A stretch of 64,000 nt of DNA, taken from Candidatus Hodarchaeota archaeon (GTDB taxonomy: Archaea; Asgardarchaeota; Lokiarchaeia; Sigyniarchaeales; SOKP01). Under the pieces are notes generated by a model. That model worked only from the letters and a program-made list of their open reading frames with translations. It did no database searches and was not told the origin of the DNA. Below are positions 19,952-28,864 of this stretch, piece by piece (the stretch's first letter is position 1; the number at the start of each line of letters is the position of its first letter). A program made the position numbers and the translations under genes. The stretch covers positions 64,001 through 128,000 of the forward strand of contig JBHLKM010000013.1 in NCBI GenBank assembly GCA_048886685.1. Reading direction: 5' to 3'.

Positions 19952-20856
19952 CTATCCACCAATCTGAGCCTTTACTCCACAAGATTCAACAATCTTCTTG
20001 AGTCTTATCATATGGTCGTCGCTAGGGGGTTTAACATTTATAAGTTTATAATCTCTATCAAGTTGACCATATATTTGTGTACCAAAAATATGGTAGGGTA
20101 AAAGTTCAATCCTTTTGAGGTTATCTCCTAATTTAAAAGCGAATTTCGCTGTATTTAATATGTTATCATCTGAATCATTACATCCTAGTACCAAGGGTAT
20201 ACGAATTATAATAGGACGGATAACAGAAGCTTTCCTTGCGTTTTTTAGGATTAATTCACTAGAAACACCAGTGAGCTCTTTGTGCGCAAGAGTATCCATA
20301 TGCTTTATGTCAAAATATATGAGATCTACATATGAAAGAAGTTTCTCCAGATATTCCCACTTCACATATCCACAGGTTTCTATCGCAGTGTGTATATAGC
20401 TCTGCTTACACCTTTTAAGAAAAGCTGTAATAAATTCATGTTGCATTGTGGGCTCACCACCACCTACAGTGATCCCTCCATTTGAACGCCTATAAAACGG
20501 GCTATCTTTGATAACCTCTTGGAACAGTTCCTCAACTGTCATATATTTTCCCACAAGATTCAGAGCTTGGTTAAGGCAGGTTTCAACACATTGACCGCAA
20601 CTTGTACAGACCTCTCTGTCAATTATAATACCTTCCTCTTCGAATAATGTAATCGCATCAAGAGGATATATCTCAATACAGCGTCCACACATTTTGCAGT
20701 TAAGCCTAATATGAAGAATCTCAAAGGACGGTTTCTGGGTTTGGGAGATGAACACCGTAGGCACATTAAGGGATATCCTTTCATATATATAAGGGTTCGA
20801 ATTCCAGGACCATCATGGATGGCGAACCTTTGTATATCGTGTATTAAGCCTTTCAT
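19952..20856 (-). pseudogene. Glycyl-radical enzyme activating enzyme, frameshifted
   Basis: MKGLIHDIQRFAIHDGPGIRT..KGYPLMCLRC lies in one frame (first Cys changed to Tyr); the ferredoxin insert, GGITVGGGEP and ELLPYH lie in another; shift near 20740. Confidence 0.85.
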
Positions 20857-21108
20857 TTCTCCACAGTGTATGCTCCTTATTATTTTGTAAAAATCTTTTC
20901 CCCTATTAATAACTTTTATTTTGAAATTAATGATTTTTTTATGATTATGAAATCTGGATTATTTACATCTTCTTATTTAAATCAATAATTTCTCGTATTT
21001 AAAATGGTATATTCTTATTCTGGGTAAGTAGAATAGAAAAAGCAAAAAATCGGAAACCATGAATCTTAAAAAATTAAAAAGAGGAGACGTATTTATCTAA
21101 TAACAGGG

Positions 21109-21171
21109 TTAAGGGTTGAGGTATTTAGCCGATTGCTCGACTTTAGGTATAAGAATATATTGTCGTTTCAT
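21109..21171 (-). CDS. Candidate 20-aa small protein MKRQYILIPKVEQSAKYLNP
   Basis: GGAGA SD before the ATG, upstream TTTAAATA box, downstream T-rich tract. Confidence 0.3.
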   Translation of the reverse strand: MKRQYILIPKVEQSAKYLNP

Positions 21172-21326
21172 GGTTCTCCGATCTTTTATTTTTGACAATA
21201 TATGTTGAATTTTTCTACTATTTAAAAATTTCCTTTTTTTCATGTGAAAAAATTGAAAATTGTGTAAACAAGTATTCTCTAAATTTTGGAAAATTCTGAA
21301 AAATATATCAAAATAGAATAGAGGAT

Positions 21327-22544
21327 TTATAAAGATCCATAAACATTTTTTAAACCTTTATTTAAACCGAAGAGAAATTTTTCATTAGAATGCTCTATTA
21401 GAGAATTTGTATACTCAATGATCTTTTTAGCAATTTCAGGGTTTCGAAGCATTTGAACCTCGACCTTTTCAGCTCTATCCCATAATAGGTATGGCGTATC
21501 TTCATATGGAACCTCTTTTTTAACTTCTTTTATCCAACTATCTGGTAATTCATTAGTTAATTCTACATCAAGCATTTTTGCTAAAAAAATACTCCAAGCT
21601 CTAGGGACAACAGTTATTAAATATCCTCCTCCTCCGAATGCAACCCATTTATCTTGACAATATTCTTTTGCACAAGTTTTCATCGTCTGGGCTATATCTC
21701 TATAAACTGCTAATGAAAAGCCCATCTGTGTTAAGGGATCATCAAAATAGGTATCTACTCCTAACTGCGTTATTAAAATATCTGGGCTGTATGCTTCTAA
21801 TAATTTTGGTGCTGTTTTCCTGAATAATTTTATGAAAGATTTATTATTTGTCCCTGGCAGTAATGGGAAATTAATAGAATAACCATTCCCATCTCCTTCT
21901 CCAGTTTCATTAATAAATCCCGTTCCAGGAAAGAGAAACCTTCCATCTTGATGGTATGATATTGTTAAAACGTTAGGATCGTCATAAAAAAGCCATTGAA
22001 CACCATCACCATGATGACAATCAATATCAACATAGGCAATTTTAATGTCTTTTTTCAAAGTTTTTAAATGCTGAATAGAAATGGCAATGTCATTAAAGAT
22101 ACAAAAACCGGAAGCTTTTTCTCTCATTGCATGGTGAAGACCGCCTGCTGGATTGAATGCCACTTTTACCTCTTCTTCATTCCACACTTTATCTGCGGCA
22201 ATAATACTTCCTCCAGATATTAAAGCAGAAGCTTCATACATTCCTTTGAAAATAGGGTTATCTCCTGGTCCTAAACCATATATATAAGGAGATAATGATT
22301 TGTCGTTAGGATTTTCACTTAATTTTTTTACGACATCAATATATTTCGGAGAATGAACTCTTTCTAACTCTTCTCTGGTGGCCATTCGAGGCTCCAGAAT
22401 ATCTAATCTTTCATTTTCTAACAATTTTAGCTTATCCATAAGACTATACGTCAGCTTTAGCCTTAAGGGTCTCAGGGGATGATCTTTTCCAAAATTATAC
22501 TTTTGATATTCTTTGGTATAAACAAGCCCGACTTTATCCACCAT
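21327..22544 (-). CDS. Histone deacetylase family protein (AcuC-like)
   Basis: HPLRP.RL, GGLHHA, SGFCIFND, DIDCHHGDG, FPGTG, GGGGY. Confidence 0.95.
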   Translation of the reverse strand: MVDKVGLVYTKEYQKYNFGKDHPLRPLRLKLTYSLMDKLKLLENERLDILEPRMATREELERVHSPKYIDVVKKLSENPNDKSLSPYIYGLGPGDNPIFKGMYEASALISGGSIIAADKVWNEEEVKVAFNPAGGLHHAMREKASGFCIFNDIAISIQHLKTLKKDIKIAYVDIDCHHGDGVQWLFYDDPNVLTISYHQDGRFLFPGTGFINETGEGDGNGYSINFPLLPGTNNKSFIKLFRKTAPKLLEAYSPDILITQLGVDTYFDDPLTQMGFSLAVYRDIAQTMKTCAKEYCQDKWVAFGGGGYLITVVPRAWSIFLAKMLDVELTNELPDSWIKEVKKEVPYEDTPYLLWDRAEKVEVQMLRNPEIAKKIIEYTNSLIEHSNEKFLFGLNKGLKNVYGSL

Positions 22545-22741
22545 TATAGTAAGTAAAATTAGGAGTACTATAAATTTTTTTTACATATTTTATAAGACAT
22601 GATTTCAAAATTGCTTTATCTGTTTGATAATTTTAAGAAAAAAAAAGTAATATATAAGAGAACTTGTATTATCAAAATATCATAAGAAAAAATAAATATA
22701 TAATATATAGTTCATACAAAATTATTTTATCACTTTAAAGA

Positions 22742-23296
22742 ATGAGTGTTATATTTCGAAAATTTTTAACTCGGGTTGGGCAACAGTCTGAATTTAAGCC
22801 TTTGAAGAATCAATTACTTAATTATTTGAAGAAGGAAAGTGAAAACAAATACAGGAATTACCCGAGATTAATAAAACTCATGAAGGATTATTGGCCTGAA
22901 TATCAAGACCGTTCACGTATTTCTCATCTTTTAAAAGATCACCACGAGGAAATTTTTAAATTGTATTTAAATACCTTTTTTCATTTCCGTAAGCGAGGGC
23001 TTTCTTTTGAAGATCCAGAAGCCCCTACCCCTGTTGATTTTAAGTTAGTGTTTAAATACAGATATAATTCTAAAGAAATTGAAGTAGTAGAAGAAGTAAT
23101 AAAGGATTTGAATATTGAAGCTAATACTGAATCAATACTGAAAAGGGTTTTTATATTTGCCATAAGCTCTTTCGGCTTTTTAGTAGAACAAATTTTTGGG
23201 AGACCATTTGCCTTTCAATTTTTCGATATAACAGCAAATCCTCTTCCTAATGATGAGTGTGAAGTAGTAGCTATAATATCAGGAAGAGAGCAATAA
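22742..23296 (+). CDS. Hypothetical protein
   Basis: 184-aa ORF with an upstream TATA-like tract. Confidence 0.7.
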   Translation: MSVIFRKFLTRVGQQSEFKPLKNQLLNYLKKESENKYRNYPRLIKLMKDYWPEYQDRSRISHLLKDHHEEIFKLYLNTFFHFRKRGLSFEDPEAPTPVDFKLVFKYRYNSKEIEVVEEVIKDLNIEANTESILKRVFIFAISSFGFLVEQIFGRPFAFQFFDITANPLPNDECEVVAIISGREQ

Positions 23297-23307
23297 TAAT
23301 TCCATTG

Positions 23308-23733
23308 TTATTTAGTTAAAAATGATCCAAGGTCCATCAGATCATCACCACGTTTTACTTGGATCTTGCCTCTTATTCCTTTAACTTTCCGCTCTAAATA
23401 TATTATGGCATCAAGAGGAATTTTTTTGGGAACCCCTCCTCTTTGTTGAATAATTGCTAATAAATAATCTATGTTTTGTATGACCTCGGGATTTATTAAC
23501 TCATTATAAATTGCGTGATATACATTCGGTTGCTTGTTTTTCAGACCATTCAAGTAATTATAAGCATCTGGAGCTAACACCACCTTGAGAACATATTCAA
23601 CTTTTTCTGAAATTGTAACTACTCTATCTTTTACAAGTTCCTGATGTTTCTTCGCATCTATTATTGCTTTCATTTTTCTCATACGTATTTTTTCTAACTC
23701 ATGCTGTTCAAAATCTTTATCGCTTTCATTCAT
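23308..23733 (-). CDS. PDCD5/TFAR19-like DNA-binding protein
   Basis: ELEKIRMRKMK..., VLAPDA...L..LK...P and KI.VKR patterns. Confidence 0.65.
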   Translation of the reverse strand: MNESDKDFEQHELEKIRMRKMKAIIDAKKHQELVKDRVVTISEKVEYVLKVVLAPDAYNYLNGLKNKQPNVYHAIYNELINPEVIQNIDYLLAIIQQRGGVPKKIPLDAIIYLERKVKGIRGKIQVKRGDDLMDLGSFLTK

Positions 23734-23897
23734 TTTATTGATTATCTCTGCTTATTTAATCGTATATCTAAATAATTATATTAATAATTAATGGAGGTTA
23801 AAATAATAATTTTTTGAGAAATTTAATTCTAAATGAAAAATAATAATGATATCTTTACATCTTCTTATAAGAAGTTACATGAAAAATTAGAAAAAAA

Positions 23898-24081
23898 TGG
23901 TCCCTCCCCCCGGATTCTAGCGTGATCCGATATGGACCCTTATTTCGAGCCGGGGACCGTTCCCGGTATGGTCGATATGCACCATAACTCTCGGTTACGG
24001 CTGACGTAACTTCATTAGCTACAAGCTTTAGTACGCGACATTATCTACAGCCGAGCACTCTGACCACTGAGTTAGGGAGGG
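23898..24081 (-). tRNA. tRNA-Tyr(GTA) with three introns (37/38: 23996-24044; about 45/46: 23958-23987; about 59/60: 23915-23943) and encoded CCA
   Basis: C1-G72 acceptor CCCTCCC/GGGAGGG, A73, CCA; D stem ACTC/GAGT; anticodon stem CTCGG/CCGAG with loop CT-GTA-G^A; T stem CCCGG/CCGGG; 184-(49+30+29)=76 nt. Confidence 0.9.
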
Positions 24082-24369
24082 GATATGTTTTAAAATAAAA
24101 TAATAATCTAATTAATTTATGTTTTATGTTTTTAGATTTAGACTAAGTAATAACAAAAAGAAATCGATAGTTTTTTTGTACCCACAAAATTCTACCTTTT
24201 GATTAAGAAAACTTCAAATATGTTTACTTTATAAGAATATTAAACAAAAAATTTTCCAATAAAAAAAAGCAAATTACTTTTGTTGTGAAAAATTTTTATT
24301 GTCATAATTAATATTTTTATAAAAATTAACTATTATAATAATTACAATTTAAATGTAAATTTTTTAAAG

Positions 24370-24888
24370 GTGATTATCATCAGGGAAGAAACTGATTATA
24401 CTGAAGCAATCGAGGCGTATAAGAACGAACCTACTGTCATTCTAGAACCATGGGGTAGAAGTATCGATCACTTACGCTTAACAATCATCGGTAAAAAAGG
24501 AACTCCTTATGCAGATGGCAAATTTGTGTTTGAAATTAAATTTCCAGACAATTATCCTTTCGCCCCTCCATATGCTTATGCTGTTACTCTAATGTGGCAT
24601 CCTAATATCGATAGCTCTATTCCACCAGGAAAACTCAACATTTGTTTAGATTTGATTAATCCAGATTTAGTTGGAAAAGTAGATGCATCAACTGGAGCAA
24701 GTGGTTGGACACCAAGTAAAACATTAACTAACATTATCGAAGCTCTCAAGGGAATGATGCATGTTGAACCTCCATTCTTTAATCCCGGAGATCCATTGAA
24801 TCACGAGGCAGGTGAGCAATATTTTAGGGCTCAGAAAAAGTTTGAGGCTAAAGCAACTGCTTGGACTAAGAAGTATGCCATGGACTAA
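24370..24888 (+). CDS. Ubiquitin-conjugating enzyme E2
   Basis: GTPYADGKF...FPDNYPFAPP, WHPNI, catalytic ICLD, WTPS, PGDPLN.EA, WTKKYA. Confidence 0.95.
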   Translation: MIIIREETDYTEAIEAYKNEPTVILEPWGRSIDHLRLTIIGKKGTPYADGKFVFEIKFPDNYPFAPPYAYAVTLMWHPNIDSSIPPGKLNICLDLINPDLVGKVDASTGASGWTPSKTLTNIIEALKGMMHVEPPFFNPGDPLNHEAGEQYFRAQKKFEAKATAWTKKYAMD

Positions 24889-25074
24889 AAGATTTCAACC
24901 ATTTTTTATATTCTATTTTTATTTTTTAAGTTATGAGATTTTAAACTTAGGAAATTTCATTTTTCTAGATTTTATCAAATAGTTAAACATCCCAAATTCT
25001 TATAAATTTAGGATACCTATTTTTTTTCAATCAGAAATTTTAACAATTTTATCATGCTCCCCTAATAAAGGCGT

Positions 25075-25470
25075 TTGATATTAAGATTTAAGTGGTATGA
25101 TGTGAAGGGCGTAATAGGAATAGCTGATTCAATACCTGAGGAAATAGAACGAGGATGGCGCCTATTAAACGAAGGGAAAGAAGATGAAGCGTATGATTTA
25201 ATAACTGAATTCGAAAGTAAAGGAAACTTAACTCCAGAGGAGATTCTTAGATCCCTTTTAGAACCTATTGCAAACTTTTCAGTGTGTTATTTATATAAAG
25301 GACAGACTTATCTTGTTAAACAAAAATTAGCAAATTTTAAAACTCTCATCCAAGAGAATGCATCAATAGAACAAATTCTCGAGAAATTCGAAAAGACTAG
25401 TCAAGTACTTCAAATAGAGGATTTTCCTTTTCTTAAACCATTAATTACACAAATCTTTATTAAAAAATGA
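25075..25470 (+). pseudogene. Truncated TPR-like protein fragment
   Basis: IPEEIERGWRLLNEGKEDEAYDLI resembles the N-terminus of long TPR proteins; the ORF ends after about 115 aa. Confidence 0.4.
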
Positions 25471-25616
25471 ATAAAAGATCTAAATGACATTTTTGCCGTA
25501 GTCTAATCTGATATATTTATTTTTTCATTTTATATCATTCTTCTTGTAATTAAAATAAAATTATAAACCAAATATTTAAAATGATAAATGGATTAACCTA
25601 ACTACTTAATCTTATA

Positions 25617-26498
25617 GTGGTTCGATTGATTAAAAAATCAAAAGGATTAAAAGCAAAGTTTATTGACAATACTAAATTCAAGATTTCTGTATTTCAGGAC
25701 GAATTAGCAAAGGATGCCTCACAGATAATCCCTAAAATTTTTAAAGGGATTCAAAAAGCAAGAAAAGATTATAGAGAAGAGACTAAGGACTTGCCTCAAG
25801 AAACGAAATCAGCCCCAGAGGAATTATGGGATGAGATTATTCATATGGCAGAATCATTAGGCATCGATCTCATTGGATTTGCTCCTATAGAGGAGAATCT
25901 AATTTTTGAGAATGATTATGTAGGTGGTATTGAGCTATTATATGAAAATGGAATTGTTTTAGGGATGGAAATGGATTATGATGCTATTAATACTGCTCCT
26001 AATCCCCCTGCTGGTTTGGAATCGTTAAGAATATATGCAGAATTAGGAGAAGCTACAAATAAACTGGCAGATTTTATAAGATCGAAAGGTTATAGAGCTA
26101 TAGCATGCCATCCATTAGGTGGCCCTATTCTTTATCCTGCTATGGCAACTAAGGCTAATTTAGGGCAAATTGGTAGCCACGGCCTATTGATTACAAAGAA
26201 ATTTGGACCAAGACAGCGATTATCATTGATCTCAATTAATGCAGGACCACTTCCAGAAACGAACCACGAAGAATTTGAAATTTCTAAGTTTTGTGAGAAA
26301 TGTAAAAGGTGTATTAATTTTTGTCCCGTTAATGCTATTTTCGATAAACCAATTGCTAATGAAAATGGAACAATAACAAGAATAGATAGTGAGAAATGTT
26401 TTGAGTATTTTTATGAAACGACTGGATGTTCTGTATGCATAGAAAAATGTCCTTTACATAAAGTTGGGTACAAAGTACTGTTTTATAGGCAGATATAA
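25617..26498 (+). CDS. QueG / reductive-dehalogenase-like 4Fe-4S protein
   Basis: GIDLIGFA, A.LGQIG.HGLLIT..FGPRQRL, FCEKCKRCINFCP, CSVCIEKCP. Confidence 0.85.
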   Translation: MVRLIKKSKGLKAKFIDNTKFKISVFQDELAKDASQIIPKIFKGIQKARKDYREETKDLPQETKSAPEELWDEIIHMAESLGIDLIGFAPIEENLIFENDYVGGIELLYENGIVLGMEMDYDAINTAPNPPAGLESLRIYAELGEATNKLADFIRSKGYRAIACHPLGGPILYPAMATKANLGQIGSHGLLITKKFGPRQRLSLISINAGPLPETNHEEFEISKFCEKCKRCINFCPVNAIFDKPIANENGTITRIDSEKCFEYFYETTGCSVCIEKCPLHKVGYKVLFYRQI

Positions 26499-26525
26499 AA
26501 GAGTTAAATACTTAGGAGAATAATC

Positions 26526-27128
26526 ATGAATAATATCTCATTCACAGGCAAAAAACTCATAGTATTTGATCTTGACGGTACTATCGTTAAACTATCAGCA
26601 GATTGGATGATTTTAAAAAATATTTTAGTTGAAAAATACAGAGAAATATATAAAGAACAATGTGATGTTGATAGGGTTTCAAAATGTTTAGATAAAATAG
26701 TAGAAAAAAATGATGAGCAAGTATTAGAGAAATTCTTTGACGAAATACGTAATTATGAGCAAAAATTTCTAAAAGAAACCCAATTAATAGAAGAGACGAT
26801 TTTTTTCATAAAGAATAAGAATTTGTTTAATGTAAAAAATGATGTTAAATTTGCAATTCTATCACTTAACACGAGAAACACAATAATCCAGGCTTTGAAA
26901 TTAGCAAATATACAAGATAAAATAGATTACATTATAGGTAGAGAAGATGTAAGAAAATGGAAACCAGCTCCAGAGGGTCTCATAAAAATTAAAAATCACT
27001 TCAATGTAAAAAAAGAAGAAATGGTGTATTTTGGTGATTTAAAAATTGACCTTTTAACAGGAGAAAATGCAGGAATTGATACATATGTAATAAATGTTTT
27101 AATAAATCTAGTAAAAGAAATTGGATGA
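26526..27128 (+). CDS. HAD-superfamily hydrolase
   Basis: FDLDGT, KPAPEG, FGD...D...GENAG. Confidence 0.92.
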   Translation: MNNISFTGKKLIVFDLDGTIVKLSADWMILKNILVEKYREIYKEQCDVDRVSKCLDKIVEKNDEQVLEKFFDEIRNYEQKFLKETQLIEETIFFIKNKNLFNVKNDVKFAILSLNTRNTIIQALKLANIQDKIDYIIGREDVRKWKPAPEGLIKIKNHFNVKKEEMVYFGDLKIDLLTGENAGIDTYVINVLINLVKEIG

Positions 27129-27148
27129 AAAATAGAAAGAAATATTAT

Positions 27149-28732
27149 TCACATAAAAGCAATAACAACATTAAACTTTTTAATTTCTGATTCTGCTAAT
27201 GCTTTTCCTAATGGACTCAGTGTAATTATGTCATTGCTTTTTATTTTGAGAGAAGTCAGTTTAATATTTGGGTCCTTTAATGAGGGCATATAGGGATTCC
27301 AATAGATTTCTTTAGTCATAGGATTTGTAATCATCCATAATTCTGAATCTAAGGTGTGTCCTGATATTTCCATTGCTTCGAATATATAACCTACATTTGC
27401 ATCAAATGGAACTACAATTTGAACATTTTCTTCGCCTTCTATTTTTCCACAGGCAAGACAATCATCCCTTTTCAGGATATTTAAGTGATCAAATTGACCA
27501 TATATGCCATTATAATTGACATATGGTGGATCCATTGGAGCACCAATATTTCGTCCATTAACTCTAAATAAAAGTTTTAGCGCTTCTTGAGATTGAATGC
27601 TAGAGATGACAGAGCTAACTGTTTGTATCGCAGCTATTTTATTTCCTAAAATATTTTCCATCTCCTCAAATTTATAATTCGGTCCGAATGTTTCTCTAAT
27701 ATTATTTTTCCAATCTTCAATTTGTTCTTCGGTTAAAGAATCTCTTTCTTCTAGAGGGACGTTCTCATCAAAAACTCTTTCTCTTAATTTTTCCAATTCC
27801 ATTTGGGCAATCTCTTTTAACTTAAGCACCTCATCATTTAAATTCAGATCTGGCTTATGACCATATTTTTTTTCAAATTCAACCTCAGCTTTAATAACAC
27901 AATGATTTCTGTTGCGGGGTAATCCTTTTAAAGTGCACGCAGCAACTAACTTATCATCAGCAGGAGGAATTGGAACTAAACACCTATAACATGGGGTTTG
28001 ATCTAATAATTCAGGTGCAAACTTCCAATCAAAAACCAATTCTATTTCTTTTCTTATTTTATTGACAATAGGATCGATTCTAGTGGATTTTATTCGCTCA
28101 ATTTCTTCTTCTAATAATTCAATTTCTCTTTGAGCTCTATAATAATCGGGATATTCAGTATCGGTAATTTCCCAAAGTCTTGCTTCTACTAAATTTTCGA
28201 TTTCATTTTCTCTGCTTTTATATTTTAATCCTCCACCCTCAGGAATTACGATTTGTACATGTCCTTCAAAACCAACTGTTCCTCCCTCAACCATAGGTTT
28301 TTTCATTCTAAGGCATATTTTATTCAAATCTAATCTAGCATTAAAATTATCTAACGCAGCAACAATAACATCTGATTCTTCATAAACTGACATAGGTAAT
28401 TTCTGAAGTTTTTCAAAATAAAAATCAACATTTAAATACGGATTCATTTCTTTCAATCGTTCTGCGGCAACTTCTGCTTTTGGGCGTCCTTCATCTCCAG
28501 GTCTAAATAGCATTTGACGCGATAAGTTAGAAGTCTCAATTGTGTCAAGATCGACTAATATCAATTTACCTATTCCCATGAGTGTAAAGTCTTTTGCAAT
28601 TTCGCATCCTAAAGCCCCAACTCCAACGATCATAATGCAACCATTATTGATTACTTCTTGATCCCATCCATCAATGAGCTGCTGTCGAGCATACATACGT
28701 GCTTTAACAATATCTTCGATTTTTTCAGTCAT
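27149..28732 (-). CDS. Ubiquitin-like activating enzyme E1 (Uba3/Uba2-type)
   Basis: YARQ, VGVGALGCE, DLDTIETSNLSRQ, CYRC/CLAC zinc pair, catalytic CTLKGLPRNRNHC, C-terminal UFD-like region. Confidence 0.92.
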   Translation of the reverse strand: MTEKIEDIVKARMYARQQLIDGWDQEVINNGCIMIVGVGALGCEIAKDFTLMGIGKLILVDLDTIETSNLSRQMLFRPGDEGRPKAEVAAERLKEMNPYLNVDFYFEKLQKLPMSVYEESDVIVAALDNFNARLDLNKICLRMKKPMVEGGTVGFEGHVQIVIPEGGGLKYKSRENEIENLVEARLWEITDTEYPDYYRAQREIELLEEEIERIKSTRIDPIVNKIRKEIELVFDWKFAPELLDQTPCYRCLVPIPPADDKLVAACTLKGLPRNRNHCVIKAEVEFEKKYGHKPDLNLNDEVLKLKEIAQMELEKLRERVFDENVPLEERDSLTEEQIEDWKNNIRETFGPNYKFEEMENILGNKIAAIQTVSSVISSIQSQEALKLLFRVNGRNIGAPMDPPYVNYNGIYGQFDHLNILKRDDCLACGKIEGEENVQIVVPFDANVGYIFEAMEISGHTLDSELWMITNPMTKEIYWNPYMPSLKDPNIKLTSLKIKSNDIITLSPLGKALAESEIKKFNVVIAFM

Positions 28733-28864
28733 TTAAAATATCCTCATTTCTTACAAATATACTATTATAATTTAAACATCTAAATATAAACTCTTTCAGT
28801 TGATTAATTAAACTATAAGGATTATAGTTAAAATTTGAATTGTAATACAAAATAAAATGAGTTA

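Noticed and set aside
19952-19970. C-terminal Gly-Gly (QIGG), suggesting a ubiquitin-like modifier
   Set aside because: It is the usual ending of glycyl-radical activases and the protein is not beta-grasp
23958-23987. Long variable arm (bacterial-type Tyr, or Sec/Ser tRNA)
   Set aside because: 35 nt is too long for a variable arm; removing 30 nt restores AGGTC, and C1-G72 marks an archaeal class I tRNA-Tyr
25617-26498. Respiratory reductive dehalogenase
   Set aside because: Short, with no Tat signal or membrane-anchor gene; only the generic QueG/RdhA-like domain is supported
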